Positions 58,278 through 64,000 of a DNA stretch of 64,000 nt are shown here, in pieces. How positions within the stretch are numbered: position 1 is the stretch's first letter; every line of letters begins with the position of its first letter. The stretch is from positions 4,160,001 to 4,224,000 of the forward strand of contig OY970303.1 in assembly GCA_963716255.1 (NCBI GenBank), given 5' to 3'. Source of the stretch: an uncultured Gemmatimonadales bacterium. Lineage in GTDB: Bacteria > Gemmatimonadota > Gemmatimonadetes > Longimicrobiales > Longimicrobiaceae. The notes under the pieces are model-generated. The model saw only the letters and a program-made list of their open reading frames with translations, was not told the DNA's origin and ran no database searches. The translations under genes and the position numbers were made by a program.

Positions 58278-60341
58278 CTACAAAAAGTCCCAGAACGTCG
58301 GGCGGGTCTCCACGACCACCTCCCAGCGGCCGTCGCGGCCCAGGCCGCGGGCCAGGTCCACGCGCACGATGTCGTAGAAGATCCCCAGCCCCGCCCCGAT
58401 GCTCGCGCGCACGCCGTCCGTGGTCCGGGCCGGCCAGGCGGCGAGCGCGTCCTCGCCGGCCTCGCCCTCGCCCGTCCACCCCGCCGCCCCCAGGAGGCGG
58501 CCGCGCAGCCAGGGGGCGGCCAGCTCGGCGGAGGCGACCGCCCGCGCCAGGGCGAAGCGGTCGCCGCCGAACGAGCGGAAGCGGAAGCCCGGCACCGTGC
58601 CGCGGCCGCCCAGCAGGAACAGGCCCTGGCGGGGCAGGGTGCCCCAGGCCATGCCGGCGGCGCCGTCCAGCTCCAGCAGCACGTCGCGCGGGGACCCGCG
58701 CCGCAGCCACTGCGCGTCCACCACCGGGCGCGCGAAGGACTGCGTGACGTCGAAGTCGCCGGAGCCGTCCAGCCGGCCCGCGTCCACGGTGACCCCCGCG
58801 CCCCACCCCGCCGCCACGTCCGCGGGGATGGCGCGGCGCGCCCCGAGCGTCGCCCCCAGGAGCGTCCCCCGGTCGATCCCCGCCACGCGCCGGAAGCCGT
58901 CCCCCAGGAGCGAGAAGTCCGAGGTCAGCGCCGCCGACCGGTGCGACTCCACCCGTCCCGCCGCCGACAGCGTCCACCCCGGAGCAAGCGGAGCGCGCAG
59001 GCGCAGCTCGCCGCCGCGGGCGTAGTACGGGTCCGTGTAGTCCTCGCCGGCCAGCAGCGCCGAGAGCGTGTTCACCACCCCCGACGCCGCGGGCGCGATG
59101 CCCACGTCGCGCGGCAGGTTGTAGTACGCGGTGGCTTCCAACCCCGCGGCGCCCATGCTCCAGCGCGCGCCCGCCTCCGCGAGCGCGTGCTCCGCGCCGA
59201 ACGCGTACCCCCCGCGGACGCGCGCCGCCAGCCCCTCCGAGGGGCGGAAGGCGAGCCCCGCCCCCACCACCGCCCCCTCCGCGCGATCGTAGCGCAGCAC
59301 CTTCGACGCCGTCCCCACGTCCAGCCGCGAGGCGGGCAGCCCGCTCAGCATGCGCGCGCGGGCCAGCTCCATCGCCTGGCGCCGCACCTCCGCCAGCTCC
59401 GTGTCCGGCCCGATCCCCTGCTCGCGCAGCTCCTCGTACAATCCCTGCTCGAAGGCGAAGGCCTCGCGCTGCGTCTCCGGCACCGCCACCACCTTGGGGC
59501 CGCGGAAGAAGTCGTCCGCGATGGGCTGGTTGAAGCGGTAGTTGGACACCCGCATGGTGGCGCGGATCACCCCGCCCGCGGGAAAGTCCAGCTCCGGGAG
59601 CTGGCGGCGGATCTCCACCTGCTGCTGGTTGGGGAGCCAGAAGCGCTCCTTCCACAGCCCGTTGTCCAGCGAGATGTTGATGTAGTCCAGGTACCGGTCC
59701 ACGTACGACGACGGCGTGAAGGTGAAGTCCATCCTCACCAGGTCGCCGCGCCGCTGGTCCACGAACACCGAGCCCAGGAACGCCGGCTGGTCCATGTCGC
59801 GCGGGCGCACCCGCACCTCGTACACGCGCACCGGCTCCGCCGCGCCCGGGAGGCGGATGGAAAGCGAGTCCGCCACGCGAAAGCGATAGAACGCCTCCGA
59901 GCCCTGCGCCGCCGGGTGCAGCACGTCCCGCACCTCGTCGCCGTCGCCCAGGCGGATGCGCTCGCCGAAGTTGTCCTGCACCACGCTCAGGTGGTCCAGG
60001 TGGTAGTTGATGTTGGTGGGGAGCTTCTTCTCGTCGCGCAGCCCCACGATGCGCTGCTTGGAAAAGGCCGGCGCCTTCCAGTACACGTCCAGCGCCACCT
60101 GGTCCGTCTTCACCAGCGTGCGGTCGCCGGTGTCGCGGCGGTCCAGGTAGAAGTACACGTAGCCGCGCGCGTCCGCCTGGTAGCTGGCGAGCGCCGTGTC
60201 GGCGTTGGTCTCGGTGCGGCGCGCCTGGGCGCGGCGCACCAGCTCCAGCACCCGCGCGTCGTCCCACCCGGGCTCCTGCGCGTGGAGCGCGGGGGCGAGG
60301 AGGAGGGCTGCGAGGAAGAGGACGAGCGGCGTTCGGCTCAT
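58278..60341 (-). CDS. Secreted/outer-membrane beta-barrel-like hypothetical protein
   Basis: Signal peptide, amphipathic beta strands, GG.GTVPGF (BamA/ShlB-like loop) near the C-terminus, terminal aromatic residues. Confidence 0.8.
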   Translation of the reverse strand: MSRTPLVLFLAALLLAPALHAQEPGWDDARVLELVRRAQARRTETNADTALASYQADARGYVYFYLDRRDTGDRTLVKTDQVALDVYWKAPAFSKQRIVGLRDEKKLPTNINYHLDHLSVVQDNFGERIRLGDGDEVRDVLHPAAQGSEAFYRFRVADSLSIRLPGAAEPVRVYEVRVRPRDMDQPAFLGSVFVDQRRGDLVRMDFTFTPSSYVDRYLDYINISLDNGLWKERFWLPNQQQVEIRRQLPELDFPAGGVIRATMRVSNYRFNQPIADDFFRGPKVVAVPETQREAFAFEQGLYEELREQGIGPDTELAEVRRQAMELARARMLSGLPASRLDVGTASKVLRYDRAEGAVVGAGLAFRPSEGLAARVRGGYAFGAEHALAEAGARWSMGAAGLEATAYYNLPRDVGIAPAASGVVNTLSALLAGEDYTDPYYARGGELRLRAPLAPGWTLSAAGRVESHRSAALTSDFSLLGDGFRRVAGIDRGTLLGATLGARRAIPADVAAGWGAGVTVDAGRLDGSGDFDVTQSFARPVVDAQWLRRGSPRDVLLELDGAAGMAWGTLPRQGLFLLGGRGTVPGFRFRSFGGDRFALARAVASAELAAPWLRGRLLGAAGWTGEGEAGEDALAAWPARTTDGVRASIGAGLGIFYDIVRVDLARGLGRDGRWEVVVETRPTFWDFL

Positions 60342-60391
60342 GTCGTGGATGGGATGCGGATCCGCTTGCAACGGCTTCGGACGGCAGGTTT

Positions 60392-60519
60392 GGGCGTGCC
60401 CCCGGCTGCGCCGGGGTCGGGCTTCGGCTCCGTAGAGCAGCAAACAACGCTGCTCAACGGAGTCGAGCCCCGCGAAACTGCCCGCGGGTCTCGCCCCTGC
60501 GGGCCGAAATCCCTCACGC
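60392..60519 (-). repeat. Family A structured element copy 12
   Basis: Conserved framework. Confidence 0.95.
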
Positions 60520-60661
60520 GGGGCCGGAAAACGCGACCGGGCCCGGCCGCTGCGGCCCGGACCCGGACGGTCCCGTCTCCGGTGCGTGTCTGCGTCGCCC
60601 GGGGTGCTCACGCGCCGGGCATGCTACCCGGCGTACGCCCGCCGGGATCCGCGCCCCTCCC

Positions 60662-61159
60662 TCAGCCCGCGACCTCCCGGATCTCCGCGCGCCGCTCCAG
60701 CATGCGGGCGTCGGGGTCGTTGAAGGCGCGCACGCTGGCCAGGACGGCGCGGTCGATCATCCCGTCGATCATCTCCATCGCCGCGCAGGTGCCCTCGGAG
60801 CGCGCGCCCGTGGCGGAGAGGTGCGCCCAGATGGCGCGGCGGAACATGGTCAGCTCCGCGACGATCTCGTCCAGCTCGTAGCCGTCCACCCGCCGCCCGA
60901 AGCCGTGCACCGCCGCGAAGTACTCCGCGTCGGCGCGGTCGCGGTTCAGCAGCAGCCGGTCCAGGATGGCGTCGAAGAGCTGCGGCACGTGGTCCAGGAG
61001 AACCGGGTCGCTGAGCCGCCGCCCCGTCTCCACCGTGGAGTTCTCGCGCACCCGCTCGATCCAGTCCACGATGATCGCATCGCGGCCGGAGCGCAGGGCG
61101 CCCAGGATGTCGGTGAAGTCCTTGACTTCGATCCGGTACAGCGACGGCCCGATGTTCAT
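60662..61159 (-). CDS. Stand-alone RsbRD-N-like helical sensor domain protein
   Basis: I...W..., LLDHVP, HG..R..GY.LDEIVAE...FRRAI. Confidence 0.75.
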   Translation of the reverse strand: MNIGPSLYRIEVKDFTDILGALRSGRDAIIVDWIERVRENSTVETGRRLSDPVLLDHVPQLFDAILDRLLLNRDRADAEYFAAVHGFGRRVDGYELDEIVAELTMFRRAIWAHLSATGARSEGTCAAMEMIDGMIDRAVLASVRAFNDPDARMLERRAEIREVAG

Positions 61160-61235
61160 GCTGCCAGCCGGGGTAGGGCGCGGCGGAGGAGCGATCCGCG
61201 CAAATCTAACACGGCCACGCGGCCATGGGGAGCGC

Positions 61236-61982
61236 TCAGCGCCCCGCCATGAAGAGGAGCAGGAAAACGTCGTACAGGGCGTGCGTCCACGCCGTGATCC
61301 CGAAGCCGCGCAGCAGGAAGAGCGCGCTGAAGGCGAGTCCCGCCAGGAAGCGGAAGAGGAACGACTGGAGCTGCCACGGGTCGCCGTACGGGCCGATGTA
61401 GTGGAACGCCGAAAAGGCGAGCGCCGAGAGCAGCGCGGCGAACCCGCCAGAGCGCACCCGCGGCAGCCCGCCCGAGCGGAAGAGCACGAAGAGCCCGCCG
61501 GCCAGCAGCACCCGGAAGAGCAGCTCCTCGTAGATCCCGGCGCCCAGCGACAGCACGAGCCCCTCCCCCAGCGGGAGCGACGCCATGGTCCCGCCGCGGT
61601 CCGCCGCGAGCCGCATCCCCGCGCCCTCCAGCACCCACTGCGTGGCCGTTCCCACCACCATCCCGAAGAGCAGCGCGTACAGCGCGCTCTCCACCATCAT
61701 CCCGGCGAACACCCCCGCCTGGATCCCCTTGACCCGCTTGCGCCGCCACTCGGCGAGCACCACCACACCGGCCACCACCACCAGGAAGGCGGTCAGCGCC
61801 ACGGTGCTGTGGAGCCCGCCCGTCGCCAGGAGCGCGCGGATGAGCACGTCCGCCCCGTTGCGCAGCGGCGCCGCGGAGGTGGTGGAGACCCAGGCCGCCC
61901 CCGCCTCGTACAGCAGGAGGAGGGGGATCGCGAAGAGCAGCGAGTACGTCTGGGTGCGGGAAAGCTCGAAGTAGCGTCGCAT
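61236..61982 (-). CDS. CPBP (CAAX/Abi) intramembrane glutamic protease
   Basis: EELLFR, FSAFHY, HALYD motifs. Confidence 0.92.
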   Translation of the reverse strand: MRRYFELSRTQTYSLLFAIPLLLLYEAGAAWVSTTSAAPLRNGADVLIRALLATGGLHSTVALTAFLVVVAGVVVLAEWRRKRVKGIQAGVFAGMMVESALYALLFGMVVGTATQWVLEGAGMRLAADRGGTMASLPLGEGLVLSLGAGIYEELLFRVLLAGGLFVLFRSGGLPRVRSGGFAALLSALAFSAFHYIGPYGDPWQLQSFLFRFLAGLAFSALFLLRGFGITAWTHALYDVFLLLFMAGR

Positions 61983-62124
61983 CTGGAGAGCGGAAACGGC
62001 CTCGCGTGGCCTGGCGATTGCGAAAACGGCGCGTGGAAGCGCGCGGACGGGGTCCCGTCCGCTCAACCTGTCTTACGGCAATGGCGCGGCGGGGGTTTCG
62101 GCCGGCGCGGGAGGCGACCGGCAG

Positions 62125-62523
62125 ATGCTGAAACGTACAGCCGGGCGGAGCGGATGGGGAGCGGGGGCGGCGCTCGCCGCGCTGCTGGCGCTTCCCGGGT
62201 GCGGGCTCCTCGGCGGCGGCCCCCCGGCCGCCGCGGCGAGCCCCGCGGAGACCGCGCGCATCCGCGGCGAGGTGGAGGCGCGGCTCGCCGCGGAGCCTTC
62301 CATCGGGGCGGGGCGGGTGCGCGCGGAGGTGGCCGGGGCGACGGTGGCGCTGCACGGCGCGGTGGACGGCTTCGGCGCGCTCCAGTGCGCCATCGCCAAC
62401 GCCGGGCTGGTCCGCGGGGTGGACAACGTGGTGGACAAGATGGTGCTCCGCCCCGGCCCCCGCACCGTCCGCTGCCTGGCTCCCCGCCCGCCGGCCGCGG
62501 CGGCTCCCGCCCCGGAGGCGTGA
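62125..62523 (+). CDS. BON domain lipoprotein
   Basis: LPGC lipobox, V.L.G.V...A..V.GV..VV BON pattern. Confidence 0.8.
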   Translation: MLKRTAGRSGWGAGAALAALLALPGCGLLGGGPPAAAASPAETARIRGEVEARLAAEPSIGAGRVRAEVAGATVALHGAVDGFGALQCAIANAGLVRGVDNVVDKMVLRPGPRTVRCLAPRPPAAAAPAPEA

Positions 62524-62570
62524 CCGCCCGCGCGGGCGGTGTTAGATTGTTCCCCCCGTCCGCCGGACCC

Positions 62571-63371
62571 GTGCGCGCCACCCACGCTCCCCGGAGGCCC
62601 GTCCTGTCCCGTCGCAGCAAGCGCCCCGCCGCGTCCCGCACCCCCGCGCGCCGTCCCCGCTCCCGCGGCGGGAAGCGCGCCGGAGCGCGCCGCCTCCGCC
62701 CGTCGCTGCTGGCGGACACGCGGCACCTGGCCGTGGCCGCCCTCGCCGCCGCCGCGCTGGTGCTCTTCCCGCCCACCCGCGGCGTCCTCGCCGGGGCCTG
62801 GGGAGTGCTGCGCGAGGCCATGGCCGCCAGCCGCGCCGCGGAGGCGCGCCGCTCGCTGGTGGGGGCGTACGCCGCGCGCTATGGGATCTCGCACGCGCTC
62901 GCCGGCGACATCTTCGACGCCGCGGACGCCGAGGGGCTGGACGCCGACCTCGCCTTCCGCCTGGTGCGGGTGGAAAGCGAGTTCCACGAGCGCGCGGTGA
63001 GCCCCGTGGGCGCGCTGGGGCTCACGCAGCTCATGCCGGCCACCGCCGCCGGCCTCCAGCCCGGCATCACCCGCGAGCAGATCCTGCACCGCCGCACCAA
63101 CCTGCGGCTGGGCTTCCGCTACATGCGCGGGCTCCTCCGCCAGTACGACGGCGACGTCCCCGAGGCGCTGCACGCCTACAACCGCGGCATGGGCACCGTC
63201 GCCCGCATCCGCGCCAACGGCGGCGACCCGGCCAACGGCTACGCGGCCAAGGTCCTGGGCCGGCGCGGCGCGAGCCCCGTCCGCCCCGGCGCCCCCTCCG
63301 ACGCCGTGGCGCCGCCTCCCAGGCCGCTCCACGATATGGCACCCGGGCGCCTCCCCGCCTCGTTCGAGTGA
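62571..63371 (+). CDS. Lytic transglycosylase (SLT), paralogue of 8504-9217; start uncertain
   Basis: VESEF, GALGLTQLMP, AYNRG, GGDPANGY. Confidence 0.85.
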   Translation: MRATHAPRRPVLSRRSKRPAASRTPARRPRSRGGKRAGARRLRPSLLADTRHLAVAALAAAALVLFPPTRGVLAGAWGVLREAMAASRAAEARRSLVGAYAARYGISHALAGDIFDAADAEGLDADLAFRLVRVESEFHERAVSPVGALGLTQLMPATAAGLQPGITREQILHRRTNLRLGFRYMRGLLRQYDGDVPEALHAYNRGMGTVARIRANGGDPANGYAAKVLGRRGASPVRPGAPSDAVAPPPRPLHDMAPGRLPASFE

Positions 63372-63390
63372 CTCCGGCGGGGGCCTGGGG

Positions 63391-63431
63391 CCGCTACGGG
63401 AGCCCCGGAAACCGCCCCGGGTCTCCCCCCG
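63391..63431 (-). repeat. Family B element collapsed to a single hairpin
   Basis: CGGGGGGAG-A-CCCGG-GGCGGTTT-CCGGG-G-CTCCC-GTAGCGG. Confidence 0.85.
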
Positions 63432-63496
63432 AACCGATACATGGGGGTACGACGAAAAGTCTCCCCCCGAACCGATACATGGGGGTACGACGAAAA
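63421..63496. repeat. Perfect 38-bp tandem duplication
   Basis: GTCTCCCCCCGAACCGATACATGGGGGTACGACGAAAA x2. Confidence 0.95.
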
Positions 63497-63691
63497 GCGA
63501 ACGGCGCCCGCACCTGAAGTCCCGGTGCGGGCGCCGTTCTCCTGCTCCGTACTGTCACGCCGTGATGCTCAACCCGCCCGAGACCTTCGTGTCACTTCGA
63601 CACCCGGCTTGCAACTCCGGCAGACCCCCGTGGAGGACGGTGTGGCGCCGCCTCCGCGCGGGTCGTCCTCCGTATGGAAGGGGACGGAAAC

Positions 63692-63706
63692 TGGCACGCG
63701 TTTGGC
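63692..63706 (+). promoter_or_regulatory. Sigma54 promoter candidate
   Basis: TGGCACGCGTTTGGC, GG-N10-GC, 60 bp before ATG 63766. Confidence 0.55.
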
Positions 63707-63765
63707 TACGTAGGGGACCAGGGCACCGTGTGCCACGCGGGAACCGGTCACAGGAGGATGCGGCG

Positions 63766-64000
63766 ATGACATACATGCTGTTCGTGCTTCTGCTCGTGCT
63801 GGTGGGGGCGGCGGGTCTGCTGGCGGCGCACGCCGTCCGCAGCGAGCACCTGGTGGTGTTCAGCCACCGCGGCGGCGAGGTCTTCTTCATGGAGCGCGTC
63901 GAGGACGGCCGCTACCAGCTGATCCCGCCGGCCCGGGCGCCGCTCGCGGTGTGGCGCTTCGCGCGCCAGCGCGCCTCCGCGCTGCTGCGGGCCACGCCGC
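63766..64000 (+). CDS. Small membrane protein, 3'-truncated by window edge
   Basis: AGGAGG RBS; MTYMLFVLLLVLVGAAGLLAAH... Confidence 0.7.
   Translation, partial: MTYMLFVLLLVLVGAAGLLAAHAVRSEHLVVFSHRGGEVFFMERVEDGRYQLIPPARAPLAVWRFARQRASALLRATP

Noticed and set aside
7606..60519. Family A as CRISPR repeats, tRNAs or a riboswitch
   Set aside because: Copies are dispersed with no spacers or cas genes. There is no T-loop, anticodon arm geometry or CCA end. Orientation and neighbouring gene functions are inconsistent with a cis-regulator.
56595..60881. 1428-aa plus-strand ORF
   Set aside because: Antisense shadow of the luxC-like and outer-membrane genes.
63421..63496. 38-bp direct repeat as a mini-CRISPR
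   Set aside because: Units are adjacent with no spacer.

Overview
High-GC bacterial chromosomal window. Gene content and repeat style suggest Gemmatimonadota (Longimicrobium-like); this is inference only. It holds about 55 mostly housekeeping or accessory CDS. These include a Fur-boxed TonB/PiuC/PiuB iron-uptake locus, hsp33, a TIR-STAND-WD40 NLR-like protein with a compositionally foreign WD40 block, a Phd/PIN toxin-antitoxin pair, cinA, ada/alkA, zapE, polA, dacB, and luxC/luxE homologues without luciferase. The most striking signal is intergenic. There are 12 copies of a ~128-bp multi-branched folded element (family A) and 5 copies of a three-hairpin element (family B). Their stems vary with extensive compensatory changes, while loops (G-Y-N-G-T-W-T), an A.G mismatch and GNA motifs stay fixed. 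The two families share the same hairpin module, which suggests one recognition system acting on folded single-stranded nucleic acid. No transposase, tRNA, rRNA or CRISPR array was found. A 53-aa membrane peptide gene absent from the ORF track, probably starting at ATT, is also proposed.
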